DNA of 64,000 nt, from positions 7,040,001-7,104,000 of the forward strand of contig CM000151.3 in NCBI GenBank assembly GCA_000004695.1, given 5' to 3'. Position numbers and translations under genes: made by a program. The stretch is from Dictyostelium discoideum (taxonomy: Eukaryota). Positions within the stretch are counted from its first letter, which is position 1, and every line of letters begins with the position of its first letter. Under the pieces are notes generated by a model. It saw only the letters and a program-made list of their open reading frames with translations, searched no databases and was not told the DNA's origin. This document shows, piece after piece, positions 52,052-64,000 of this stretch.

Positions 52052-52336
52052 GAAAAAAACAAAATAAAAAATAAAATAAAAAAAAAATAAAATAAAAAAA
52101 AATAAAAAAAAAAAGTAAAAAATAAAAAATAAAAAAAAATTAAAATTAAATTAAAATTGAAATTTACTTTAAAAAGTGTAGAAACATTTTATTTATTTTT
52201 ATTTTTAGAAACATTTCTACACTTTTTAAATAATTTAATTTTTAATTTTGATTTTTAATTTTTTTTTTTTTTTCAATTTTTTTTTTATTTAACTCGTTGT
52301 ATTTTTTTAATTTTTTTTTTATTTAACTCTCTTATT

Positions 52337-52369
<33 letters not shown>

Positions 52370-53015
52370 CAAAGAGGAAGAAAATATAGAAAATTATAAA
52401 ATTGTAATTTTTTATTGACCACAGCCCACGAAATGACCAATATTGTGGAGTTATCAAATTTATCTTTTGAAAATAGTAAATTTATATTTGAAAGATGAAT
52501 TTGGTTATTTCTAATTTTGATCATTTCGTGCACTATGGAGAATAATAAATCACTATTAAATAATTATCTATGATTTTCATTCCATTCAATCTGTAAGGAT
52601 TTGCAAAATAAAAAAATATTTATTATTAATTATTTCTAAAAAAAGAAATTCAAAAAAAAAAAAAAAATAAAAAAAAAAAAAAGAAAAAACAAAAAAAAAA
52701 AAAAGATTGTTTAAATCAGGGTGTGGTGGGACGGTAAAATCGTTTTTATCATTCAGGTAAAATTTAAAAAGACTGAATTGTTTTTCAGTTTATTTCTCAT
52801 TTTCAACAGTGGTGAATGTGGTCAGTCTACACACTAATAAAAAAAAAAAAAAAAATTAAATCAAAATAAATAAAATTTAAATAGGTTACCCCACACACAA
52901 TTATTATTTGAAATGATTAAAATTTTTAAATTTAATAAAAAAAAAAAACACCCCATTATTTCAGTAAAAAAAAAAAAAAAAAAAATTATTTCTATTAAAT
53001 TTATAAAATTAAAAA

Positions 53016-53303
53016 ATGAACAAGTATACATTGTTGCTATTACTTTTAAATACATTTTTTATTTCAAATACTAAGTCTCAATCCTACAATGCAAATTGGA
53101 CAGGTATAAAATAAATGTTTTTATAAAAAAAATAAAAATAAAAAGTTATCGATTATTAATTTTTTTTTTTTTTGAATAGATTTAAATTCAAGACCAAATC
53201 CTGGATGGGTAGGTATTAACAAATCTTTTTTAAATTATTTTATTTGAAAAAAAAATATAAATTTATTTATTTATATTTTTATATTTACACATTGACAACT
53301 ACA

Positions 53304-53346
<43 letters not shown>

Positions 53347-54693
53347 GTATGATCAAGTTAAATTTGGAATTTTTATACATTTTGGAGTTTATAGTGTTCC
53401 AGCATTTGCAACCCATGATTATGCAGAATGGTATTGGTATAATTTAGTAAATGATAATGGTACAACTCAAAAATGGCAAGACCAACATTTTGGTGAACAC
53501 TTTCAATATCAAGATTTTGCACCAATGTTTAATTGTAGATTATTCAATCCAGATGAATGGGCATCAATATTTCAAAAATCTGGTGCGAAATATGTTGTAC
53601 TAACATCAAAACATCATGAAGGTTATACACTTTGGAAAAGTGATCAATCATGGAGTTGGAATTCTGTTGAAAATGGTCCTGGAATTGATATTGTAGGTAA
53701 ATTAACCAATTCTGTTAAAGCTCAAGGTCTTCATATGGGTTTATATCATTCATTATATGAGTGGTTTAACCCATTATACTTGGCCGATAAAAAGAGTGGT
53801 AACCCACCAACTCAAAACACCTATGTTAAAGAAGTTTTATTAAATCAATTAAGAGATATAGTTTTAAAATATGAACCTGATATAGTATGGGCTGATGGTG
53901 AATGGGAGGTAAATATATAAATATTAATAATAATTAAATACATAGAATTTTAATATTAGTTTATATTAATTTTATTTTTTTAAAAAAAAAAAAGCAATAT
54001 TCAGATTATTGGGGTTCAAAAGAATTTTTAAGTTGGTTATATAGTGACAGTCCAGTTAAAGAAACAGTTGTAGTAAATGATAGATGGGGTAAAGAGACAA
54101 GAGGAGTTGATGGTGGGTTTTATACGGGTGGTGATAATTGGCAGCCTGGTCATTTGGTTACACATAAATGGGAGAATTGTCAAACTATTGGTAGTTCATA
54201 TGGTTATAATGAAAATGAACCAGCAGAGGCATACCAAGATTCAACTATTTTAATTCAAGAATTTGTTGAAACAGTTGCATGTGGTGGTAATTTCCTTTTA
54301 GATGTTGGACCAAATGCTGAAGGTGTAATTCCAAATAACATGGTGGATCGTTTGTATGATATTGGTAAATTCTTATCAATTAATGGAGAATCAATTTATG
54401 GTAGTTCTCCCTGGAGAATTCAAAATCAAACTCAATCAATTTGGTTCACTACAAATACTACGACAGGTGCAATCTATGCTTTCAGTTATTATTTTCCAGA
54501 AGATGGTGTATTTAATTTTAATGAAATCATTGGTTCGAAATCTACAATTGTTGAATTATTCGGTTATAAAAGTAAAAATCCAATTACAATTGAAACTTAT
54601 CAACCAAAAGGAATTAACATAACTGTACCATTTGTATCACCATCAGACTATCCACCATTTATTTATGTTTTTAAATTTATAAATGCTTATTAA
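53016..54693 (+). CDS. alfA: Alpha-L-fucosidase (glycoside hydrolase family 29) with signal peptide. Four exons: 53016..53103, 53180..53208 (29 nt), 53348..53908, 53995..54693.
   Basis: GH29 motifs FGIFIHFGVYSVPAF, KHHEGYTLWKS, WADGEWE. Donors GTATAA, GTAGGT, GTAAAT; frames verified. Symbol is tentative. Confidence 0.75.
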
Positions 54694-54730
54694 AAAAAAT
54701 AAAAAATAAAAAACAAAATAATATGTAAAC

Positions 54731-54781
<51 letters not shown>

Positions 54782-54812
54782 TATTATTTTTTTATTTAAA
54801 AAAATGATATTA

Positions 54813-57800
54813 CTAAATTTTCTTTAAATTAATTAATGGTATATTACCACTAGCATTACCAACAACATCATCAAAATCATTATCAATATTTGTTGTTGTT
54901 GTTGTTAAAATTGAATTATTTTGAATTTGTTTGTTAAATATAACATTATTTGAACTATTATTAATTGAACGAGATTTTGAAAGTTCTTTACTTCTTTTTG
55001 ATTGTCTTAATAAGAAAAGATGATGTTCAACAGCATCATTAATTGTCCAAAAGAAATGATCGGCACCATAATGATCGACTACACCACCTCTTTTCATACT
55101 ATCTCTAACGTAACCTTTTACTGATGCAAAATAAATTACCAATTGTCTCTTTCTAAAATCTGATACTAATTCCTTCAACATACGAATACCAGTTGAATCT
55201 ATATCATTCACAGAACTGAAATCAATGATAATTGCACCAATAATCTTATGACCATCGATATCAACTTCAATTGGTTCATCATCATCAATGTAAGCATTTT
55301 CAGCCTCACTATCTGTCATGAAAGAAATGATATCCTCTTGACTACCATGATTTTGGTCACCACTCTTTAAAGAGAATGGTTCGTGATGTCTTAGTTTTTT
55401 CTTTATAAACATACAATTTGCGAAATAAATTGAACCATCAATACGAACGATACGGACACCTTTGAAAGTTTCAGCTTTTGGTACACGTTTAATGTTTTTA
55501 TAGATCTCTGTTCCAGGTAAACGACCCAATACTGCAAATGGTGGATAAGCACTACGATAGATAATCATTAATAAAGAGGCGATTGCACCAATTAATATAC
55601 CTTGTAAAATTCCAAGTATTGTAGTTGAAAGGAATGAAATACCAAATAGGAGTAAATCTTTTCTATGAACTTTCCAAAGATCAAATACCATCTGATATTC
55701 AACCAAATCAATGATTGCAACGATTACAATCGATGATAGAACTGCCCTTGGTAAGAAGTACACCACTGGTGTTAAAAAGAAAACACTAATTACAATGATA
55801 ACCGTGCAAATGAATGACGAAACTTGTGATACTGCACCATTCTGTGCGTTTACTGCTGTTCTTGATAATGATGCACCCACTGGGAACGATAAAAAGAAGG
55901 CACCAAAGAAATCACTGGCGCCCAATGCAAAAAGTTCTTGATTAGGCTCAACTATGTAATTATATTTCTCACCAAATTTAGAACCAATTGAAATACTACT
56001 TATAAATCCAACCAATGTTAATACCAATGAGCCTGGTATCAATTGAATTAAAACACTAAACCAATTGGTATTGGGTGGTAGTGGTAACCCGTCCACACCT
56101 TCATTCTGACTATACAATGATTGATTATAACGTACCAATGGGAATGATGGTGATGGAAACCCGGATGGAATTTCACCAACCACCTTTATATGTGCTCTTT
56201 GCTCTAGTTTTAAAATAAATGAAAAGAATGTGAAAACTACAACAACCAACAATGGTCCTGGTATCTTTAATTTAAATCTTGCATTCAACTTTTTAATACC
56301 CAATAAAAATACAACACCAATTATACCCAATAAAAATGACCACCAATTTGTTTTTGCAATATCTTTTAAATATCTAATTACTAATAATAATAAAAAATTG
56401 GTTTCTTCAACACCATATCCAAATATATGTTTTAATTGACTACTACCAATAACTTTTTTTTAAAATAATAATAATAATAAAAACAATAATAATAATAATA
56501 ATAATAATATTAGTATTAAAATTATTATTATTATTTCTTTATTTTATTTTATTACTACTTACTTAAAGCACAACCACTTGTAAAACCAGTACGAACTGGA
56601 TCAGATAAAAAATTTGCAACGAAACCAAACCTTATTAAACCTAAAAACATTTGCATAGCACCACATACTAAAGCCAATAGTATAGCTACACTAACATGAT
56701 AAACTTCATCAGTATTACCAGCACCAACAACACCTGTAACTGTTTCTGATACCAACAATGAAATGATTGCAAATGGTCCCATTGATAATTGTTTTGATGT
56801 TCCAAATATACAATATGCTAATACTGGTAAAATAGATGAATATAAACCATAAATTGGTGGTAATTTTGCAACCAATGCATAAGCCATACCTTGTGGAATA
56901 AGCTATAAATAAAAAAAAAAATAAAAAAAAAAATTAATTAATTTTTATTTTAATTAAAATTAAAATTATTATTATTAATTAAAATTTTAATATTTTACCA
57001 TTACACCAACAGTTATACCAGATATTAAATCACCTTTCCAATCAGATTTCCAATTATATTTTGGTAACCAATCAATGATTGGAACTAAATTATATAAATA
57101 TCTTTGTAATTTTTTTTTATGTTTTTTTTCAAATTTAAATGTTCTAATTTGTTTAATTGTATTCATAAAGTTAATAGTATCATAATCTTCTTTATTTTTA
57201 ATATGTTGTGCTTTCATTTCTTCAACTGTTATTGACTCATCATTATTATTATTATTTTTATTGTTATTTGGTTGTTGTTGTTGTTGTTGATAATGATTAT
57301 CCAAACTTAATGGTGGAAAACCATTACTATTATTATTACTGCTTATATAAATATCACTACTACTATTCATTAAATTTGAATGGGAGTTTGTTAAAATATT
57401 AATTGGTGAACTTGAATTATTGGTTAATTTTGGTGAATTGGTTGATATTAACATAGGTGTATTTGATTTACTACCAATATTACTACTAGCATTACTACTA
57501 GCATTACTACCACCTGCACCATTACTATTTAATGATTGATGTAATAGTGTTGAAGGTGAGCTATCACCTGGTAATGATATCTTTTTAGGTGGTAAATAAT
57601 AAAGCTCTGGGCTTCTTACTGATGTTAAAATATTTTGTGGTCTTTGAATATTAGTATTACTATTATTTAAAATTCTTCCTTCCTCATTATGATTATCTTC
57701 ATTATTATTATTATCAATATTATTATTATTACTATTATTATTATTATTACTATTATTATTATTTAAATTATTTTCTTCATTTAAATTATTATTATTAGTT

Positions 57801-57850
57801 TGCTGATTTTCATCATCTTGTTTATCGTCACCAAGTTGTTTGTATCTAGT

Positions 57851-57853
<3 letters not shown>
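54813..57853 (-). CDS. SLC26/SulP-family sulfate/anion transporter with C-terminal STAS domain and Asn-rich N-terminal extension. Three exons: 56999..57853, 56563..56902, 54813..56452.
   Basis: SulP signature LIPQGMAYALVAKLPPIYGLYSSILPVLAYCIFGTSKQLSMGP. STAS-like C-terminal half. Donors GTAAAA and GTAAGT; frames verified. Confidence 0.75.
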
Positions 57854-57887
<34 letters not shown>

Positions 57888-58031
57888 TATAAAAAAAAAA
57901 ATTAACTATTTATTATATATTCAAAACACATACAAATAAAAATAAATTATATAAATAAATAAATTCTATCTATATAAAAAAATTAAAAAATAAAAAATAA
58001 AAAAAAAATTAAAAAATAACAGATATTGAAA

Positions 58032-58068
<37 letters not shown>

Positions 58069-58267
58069 TTTTTTTATTTTTTTTAAATTCAATTTAAAAA
58101 AACGTTTAAAATACACACTTTTTTGGTGTGATTAGTTATGAAAAGGTGAAAATTTTAAAAATTGCCCACGTTGCACTGTGTGCACCAATGAAATCATAAA
58201 ATTCCCCAGCCACACCATTTTTTTTTTTTTTTGTAGAAATTTTGACTGGTGTGAATTGGGGGTTTTT

Positions 58268-58550
58268 TTTTTTTTTTTTTTTTTTTAAAGGTGATTGATA
58301 CTGGTTGGTAAATCATTTTTCAAAAGTTTATTTATATTTATGAAGGGTATTAGTTTAAAAAAATAATAAATATTATTTTAATTGGTTTTTTTTTTTTTTT
58401 TTTTTTTTTATTATTTAGGTTATTAAAATTAATTGATATTGGTTAACCGTTTTTTTTTTTTTTTTTTGAAAGGTTTATTTAGATTTAAATTATGAAGGGT
58501 AATAGTTTAATAAATAATAAATATTATTTTAATTTTTTTTTTTTTTTTAT
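58268..58550. repeat. Two diverged tandem copies of a ~120-bp intergenic unit (…ggttggtaaatcatttttcaaaagtttatttatatttatgaagggtattagtttaaaaaaataataaatattattttaat…).
   Basis: Direct comparison of 58280-58390 with 58420-58540. Confidence 0.6.
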
Positions 58551-59203
58551 AATCAAAAGTTCTTTTTTTTTTTATTTTTTTTTTTTTTATTTTCAACCAT
58601 TAGAATTCATTAAATAAAATTTTTAATGAATTACTTTAAATTTATTTTTAACCAATTCATTTTTCTTATGAAAACATACCAACATTAATAACCCAAAAAA
58701 ATTTGGGTTTTTTTTTTTATGTGTTTTATTTAAAAATTCTTGAGCTTTCCAAAAATTTATTTTGTGTTATAATAAAGGTAATAACCTTTTTTTTAGATAT
58801 TAAAAAATTATAATTTTTTTTTTTATTGTTTACACCCCTTTTTTTTTAAAGTTTTAAAATTTTTATTTTGGATTAAAAATAATTTTTTTTTTTTTTTTTT
58901 TTTTTTGTTGTTTGTTTTAGAATTAATTTCAAAGATCGCACAATTGTCTGTTAATAAAAATTCCAAATTCAGAAAAATAATTATCTGAAAACATCAAAAT
59001 TTATATCCATGTGCCCCATGGTTGTAAATGACAAACCCCAAACAAAAAAAAGTTTTAGAAATTATTTTTTTTCTTTTAATGGGTGTGTTTTTAAATAAAA
59101 TAAAAAATAAAAAAAAAAATAAAAAAATAATTATAAAAATAATTAAAAAAAACTATTAAATTTTAATAAAAAAAGATAGTATAAATATTCGCATGGGTTG
59201 TTT

Positions 59204-59234
<31 letters not shown>

Positions 59235-59273
59235 AAATTATATTTAAATAATAATAATAATTAATTATAAAAG

Positions 59274-59486
59274 ATGTCCCTTACAGGTGGAGATGCAACT
59301 TTTTTTGATTTTAGCAAACCAATTGATAGTCCAGCACTAAAAGAAAAGCTTTATGGGGTAAAACATAACTATCATCCTCAAGTACATTGTTTTTCAACCT
59401 TTAATGTTGATAACACAATTCCAGATGGTTGTTTTAGAGCTATTATTGTCAACCAAAAAAAGTTGGGAGAAGTATGGTATCCTTAA
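59274..59486 (+). CDS. Hypothetical ORF (MSLTGGDATFFDF…IPDGCFRAIIVNQKKLGEVWYP). Probably the first exon of a gene whose 3' part lies in 59540-59810.
   Basis: Track ORF. Downstream exons not resolved. Confidence 0.3.
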   Translation: MSLTGGDATFFDFSKPIDSPALKEKLYGVKHNYHPQVHCFSTFNVDNTIPDGCFRAIIVNQKKLGEVWYP

Positions 59487-59599
59487 GTTGTATACAAAAA
59501 TATTTATAATAATTAATATTTTTTTTTTTCTTTAATAGAGCTGTAAGAATTTATGATAAATCTGATTCCATGGCATAAAATGTGGTGATATTTCTGGTA

Positions 59600-60435
59600 A
59601 GGTATGTAAAAAGAATCCAAATCTTAAATATGATTCTACACTTATTAAGTTGTCCAAGGAAACAGTATTCAACTTGGAATGTGGAAACCAGGAACATTTG
59701 GTGTTTGGGGTGAAATGTATTCTGTTATTCTCAAAAAAGAAGACTGGGCAGCACATCATCACCTTAGAAATGTTTACTTTTTCTTTGATAATGATGGTGA
59801 TAAATATTGAAATGATGCTAATAGATTAGATTTTTTAGATATGACTTAAATCTAAACTTCTAAATCAAACTTTTAAAAATAAATTTAATTTTACTTTTAT
59901 ATTCTTGAGTCTATCAATTCGAGAGGATATTTTTTTTTTATTTTTTAAAAGTTTAAAAATTTTGGTCCTGAAAAAGTGATTTTCTTTAAAAAATACAATT
60001 CCATTATAATTTGAATAATTAAATCAATTTTTAATTGACTAACCACCACCCGAATATTAAAATCATTTATTAAGATCCAATTCTTAAATTTGATACTCAA
60101 ATTGTAAAGTAACAGTATTCAACTAGGGATGTGGAAACCAGGAATATTTGGTGTTTGGGGTGAGATGTTCTCATAAAAGAAGACTGGGCATCTCGACACA
60201 ATCGTGTAAATTTTTACTTTTTCTTTGATAATGATGGTGATAATTATTTCAATTTAGATGCTAACAGATTGGAGTTTAACTTTCAATCAAACATCATCAT
60301 CAAACATATTTAAAAAAAAATTATGGAATAAATTTAATTGTTTAAATTAATTTTTATCAATTTATATATATTTATATTTTTTATTTGATTTTTATATTTA
60401 ATTTTATATTATTAAGTCGACCAATTCGAGAGGAT

Positions 60436-60472
<37 letters not shown>

Positions 60473-60530
60473 TTAAAAAATTTGGTCTTGTAAAAGTGCA
60501 ACTCTTTAAACTTATACAATTAATTGTTTT
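59600..60530. repeat. Tandem duplication of a ~450-530-bp segment: the gene-tail segment at 59600-59830 is repeated at 60060-60300, and each copy is followed by a small-family 3' end. The second copy has indels.
   Basis: cagtattcaacttggaatgtggaaaccaggaacatttggtgtttggggtgaaatg…ctttttctttgataatgatggtgataa occurs twice (59664 and 60113). caattcgagaggat…aaagtttaaaaa(a)ttttggtc(c/t)tg occurs twice (59917 and 60433). Confidence 0.7.
59935..60000 (-). pseudogene. Truncated and degenerate small-family gene remnant (…KSLFQDQNF*, derived from TTTACAAGACCAAA).
   Basis: aaattttggtcctgaaaaagtg compared with the consensus aagtttggtcttgtaaagaatg. No exon-2 start or exon 1. Confidence 0.5.
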
Positions 60531-60695
60531 GTTGGGAATTTCATTATTGTTTGAATTTATTTTTGATCTTTCCATAGTAATTTTAAGTGAAAAAATAAAC
60601 GATTCTATTATTTATTATTTTAAATATAAATATTAGTTTTTTTATTTTTTTTATTTAATTCTATTCTCTAATATATAAAACTTACTAAATATCAT
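60465..60695 (-). CDS. Small-family gene N. Exon 1 60686..60695 (ATGATATTTA), exon 2 60465..60604. MIFKSFIFSLKITMERSKINSNNNEIPNKTINCISLKSCTFTRPNFLNF.
   Basis: Splice and frame verified. Lies outside the main cluster. Confidence 0.5.
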
Positions 60696-61218
60696 TCTTT
60701 TTTTAATTGATTATTATTATTTTTTTTTTTATTTATAAATATAATTTTTTTTTTATTTTTTATTGAATTAAAAAAAAAAAAAGTATTCATAACCCACCTG
60801 AAACAAATAAATTTTTTTAATATATAAAATCTGATAAAAAATGTTATCGAAGATTTGTAAAATGGGTGATGATGTTATATCTCTTTTTCATTTTAATTTT
60901 TTAAAAAAAAAAAAAACAATTAAATTTTAAACGAATATATGAAAATGTGAGTTGTAAATGAAAATTAAAAATTTTTATTTTTATTATAAAAAAAAATAAT
61001 AATCTTCCAATTGATTCTATTATTAAAAAAAAAAAAATATCTTATTCCATTGATAAAAATTTTAAAAAAAAAAATATCAAAAGAACTTTATGGTGAAAAA
61101 TAAAAAAAATATCTGATGATGATTTTGTTTTAATTTAAAAAATCAAAAAAAATAATTTTATTTTACATTTTTAAATTAAATTTTTTTATTTTAGTTTGTT
61201 TTATTTTTTTATTTTAAA

Positions 61219-62214
61219 ATGTTTGTAAAATTAATATTTAAATTGTTTTTAATTATATTTTTAATTAGTTTTATTGATTGTTCAAATCAATTAATTTATT
61301 CAATATCTTCGAATTTGAATCCATCAGTTGGTCAAATTATTTATGTAATTAATCCAATAAATAATGAACTATTATCCAATTCAACTACAATTTTAGATTG
61401 TACAATTAATGGAATTGTCTCAATTGATGAAAATCAAATGAATGCAAAAGTATTATGTGGATTTAAAAGCCTAATTTCAATTGATATAAAAAGTGGTGAA
61501 TTTCAAATACTTGGTACAAGTGATTCAATATTACCAACATTTACAACAAAAGCTCAACAATTATTTTATAATAATAATAATAATAATATTTATATGTCTG
61601 TATCAACCAATAAATATAAATCAATTACATTTTTTGATTACAATTTCAATACAAACTTTACAACCATAAATTCACTCCCAACATATGATTATAACTATAT
61701 GATTGACGATACATCAATTTATTCATTTGATTATAGTTTTAATAAAATGTATATTTTATATTCAAGTGAAAGTAATCCAAATAATTGTAATTTACTTTCA
61801 TTCAATGTTAATAATATTCAAAATTCATTAGAAACATTTAAATCAATTAATAATTTAGAGAATGCATTTTCACAACTATTATTTACAAATGACCAAGGAG
61901 AATTATTTTTACTTTATGGTAACCCTGAAACAGACACTTTTGACATTTGTCAATTTTCATTCCAAGAAAATAGCAATGATTGTGAGAATGTTTTATCAAT
62001 TCCTGTTACTCAACTATACCCAAATTTTAACTACTTATTATCTTATTTAAATGATGAAAACCAACATTTTACTATTGTTTTATTATCTGGTGATAATGTA
62101 TCTGTTCAATTTACTACATACTATATTACAAATTTCACTGTTGCTTACCAGTATACTTTAAATAACATTTGGGATAATGGAAATAAACAACAAACTACTT
62201 ATTTTTATTCTTAA
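61219..62214 (+). CDS. Secreted Asn-rich hypothetical protein (331 aa) with a signal peptide.
   Basis: MFVKLIFKLFLIIFLISFIDCS start. Long ORF; no recognisable domain. Confidence 0.45.
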   Translation: MFVKLIFKLFLIIFLISFIDCSNQLIYSISSNLNPSVGQIIYVINPINNELLSNSTTILDCTINGIVSIDENQMNAKVLCGFKSLISIDIKSGEFQILGTSDSILPTFTTKAQQLFYNNNNNNIYMSVSTNKYKSITFFDYNFNTNFTTINSLPTYDYNYMIDDTSIYSFDYSFNKMYILYSSESNPNNCNLLSFNVNNIQNSLETFKSINNLENAFSQLLFTNDQGELFLLYGNPETDTFDICQFSFQENSNDCENVLSIPVTQLYPNFNYLLSYLNDENQHFTIVLLSGDNVSVQFTTYYITNFTVAYQYTLNNIWDNGNKQQTTYFYS

Positions 62215-62351
62215 TAAAATTAATAAATAAATAAAAAAAAAAAAAAAAAAAGAAAAAGACCTGGGGGTCAATTTTGTTGTTTTATTTCTTATTTTATTTA
62301 TTATGTTTTTTTATTTTTTATTTTTTTAATATATTTTTTTTATTTATTTAT

Positions 62352-63289
62352 TTATAATTGACTACAACGACAATCACATGAAGTAACTGGACAAATTGAA
62401 TGATCTTTAAACCAATCTAAAATATGTTGAGAATGACCACCATGTCTACAAGTTTGACACCAAGTGAACCAATCTTCAAAAGGTTCAGAACCATTTGACC
62501 AAAGTTGTGAATCATTTGGATTATTAATACTACCACTATTATTTATACCACCACTACTTGCAATACTACCACCACCACTACCAATTGTAGTATTTGATTT
62601 TTTAAATTCAGGTGTTGGTACCATACAATTCAATGGTAATAAACAAAGACAACAACGTGGTAATGACTGTTTACAATGTGGACAAAATGGTACTTTTGCT
62701 TTGAAATTTGGTTTACTACTTGCATTTCTTCCAACGATTGAACTTGCACTAATTGATTCAAAAGCAAAAGAATTTTGACAGAAACCACATTTTGCAAAGA
62801 TTTGTGGAGTTGGTGGTTGATCGATACCACTAATTCTAGTTTGAATATCGAGTATTGCACGTTCATGCCATAATTCCCATTGATCCAATAGATCACTATA
62901 GATGGAAGACCATTTTGAAACTCTTTTATCTCTAAAGAATTTTGGTACAACCAAACTAATTGCTAAAACTGCCGTTTGAATATCACAAGTTCTATCGATA
63001 TAATTTGATAATAAATCTACACCTCTACCTGTTAAACCAGTTAATAATACACCCTTTAAATTACCACATTCTATAACTCGAATTGTATTTCTTTCAACAA
63101 AATGAATTAAATCTTGATAGTCTAAATATTTACAAGAGAAAGCTATCTTATCATCTAAATTAATTCTAGAATCTTCAATGATTGAATAAATATCCTTTGA
63201 ATCTGAATTTGATGCTAAAAATTCTAAACATGTTTTTAAATATGGATTTATAAATGATTTTGCTGTTGATTTACAAGTTTCTTTCCAAA

Positions 63290-63328
<39 letters not shown>

Positions 63329-63699
63329 TTGTTGAACTACCATCAAAACCTGCTAAAGCAATTGATAAAAGTTTTAAACTAAATTCACGATCTTGTCTCA
63401 TTAAATGACCATGATGATTAGTTTGAGTTACTGGATGAATATTATAAGTTGCATTTGTTACTACTAAAATCGCTCTTTTTATATCTAAATGAAATACAGC
63501 AATTGCTGCAGCTCTCTCATATTCTCCACTCTTTTCTAATCTTGATAATATATTCTCCAATGGTAAACTTTGATTAAATCCCCAACCACAAATTGATAAA
63601 CATAAATTTCTATTTGGTGATTTATATATTACAAATCCATTTGATGATTCAACCGTTGAAATATCTTTTTCAATTAAAATATTATAAATTCCATTATAT

Positions 63700-63791
<92 letters not shown>

Positions 63792-63813
63792 ATTATTAAT
63801 ATTATTATTAATA

Positions 63814-63845
<32 letters not shown>

Positions 63846-64000
63846 TATTATTGTTTTTGTTGTTGCTGATGGTGTTATTGGTCCACCTGGTGTTGTAGTT
63901 GAAATACTTGGAGTTGATATTAATGATGATTCTCTCTTAAAATTTTGAATTTGTATTGGAACTTTTTGAATCCATTTCCATAAAAAGTTTATATTTTCAT
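62352..64000 (-). CDS. C-terminal part of a GATOR2/SEA-type WD-repeat protein (Mios/WDR24/WDR59-like) with a RING-like zinc finger. Partial; it continues beyond the window end with poly-Asn tracts.
   Basis: C-terminus CPHCKQSLPRCCLCLLPL…WCQTCRHGGHSQHILDWFKDHSICPVTSCDCRC. The reading frame continues upstream through (ATT)n at 63694-63840. Family assignment rests on a recalled motif. Confidence 0.4.

Noticed and set aside
59532-59762. Minus-strand 76-aa ORF.
   Set aside because: Antisense to the duplicated gene-tail segment; no supporting signals.
62464-62950. Overlapping ORFs on both strands inside the GATOR2-like gene.
   Set aside because: Embedded in a longer ORF with recognisable zinc-finger motifs in another frame.

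Overview
The window is AT-rich (intergenic >85% A+T) with long poly(dA/dT) tracts, AAT/ATT microsatellites encoding poly-Asn, and short AT-rich introns with GTAAGT/GTATGT donors. This is characteristic of Dictyostelium (social amoeba) nuclear DNA. Three runs of exactly 100 N mark a draft scaffold. Strongly recognisable genes are a long-tailed class I myosin with a C-terminal SH3 (probably myoC), HMG-CoA reductase, an SLC35-type nucleotide-sugar transporter, a chalcone-isomerase-fold protein, long-form RNase Z, a three-exon NPC1-like sterol-sensing-domain protein, ribose-5-phosphate isomerase, a four-exon GH29 alpha-L-fucosidase, an SLC26/SulP anion transporter with a STAS domain, and the C-terminal zinc-finger part of a GATOR2-type WD protein that runs off the window end. 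Several Asn-rich hypothetical proteins are also present.

The main result is an amplified family of about 19 tiny two-exon genes, most dense between 25 and 41 kb, with further copies at 1.7-6.7 kb and 60.5 kb. Each copy has a conserved 10-nt first coding exon (ATG TTA TTC A, giving M-L-F/L/A plus one base). An 80-140 nt intron follows. Exon 2 is about 150 nt and encodes roughly 50 residues: a conserved KSLISLSNK start, a variable Asn/Ser/Thr-rich middle with one or two Cys, and an invariant C-terminus FFTRPNF(V/I/L)N(Y/F). Each copy carries a conserved ~350-bp promoter module and a conserved bipartite downstream element (GGCCGAC/GTCGAC … AATCGAAT). Copies are often arranged as convergent (+/-) pairs, and assembly gaps fall inside them.

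One copy has its intron split by a ~3.47-kb Tdd-4/DDT-A-like DNA transposon. The element has ~146-bp terminal inverted repeats, a candidate 5-bp target-site duplication (TTAAA), and an intron-containing retroviral-integrase-like transposase.

Other structure noted: a ~2.45-kb tandem segmental duplication at the 5' end, a duplicated gene-tail segment at 59.6-60.5 kb, a 21-bp coding-like tandem repeat, intergenic inverted and direct repeats, and many microsatellites. No tRNA, rRNA or CRISPR features were recognised. Coordinates of splice junctions were derived by hand and may be off by 1-2 nt.
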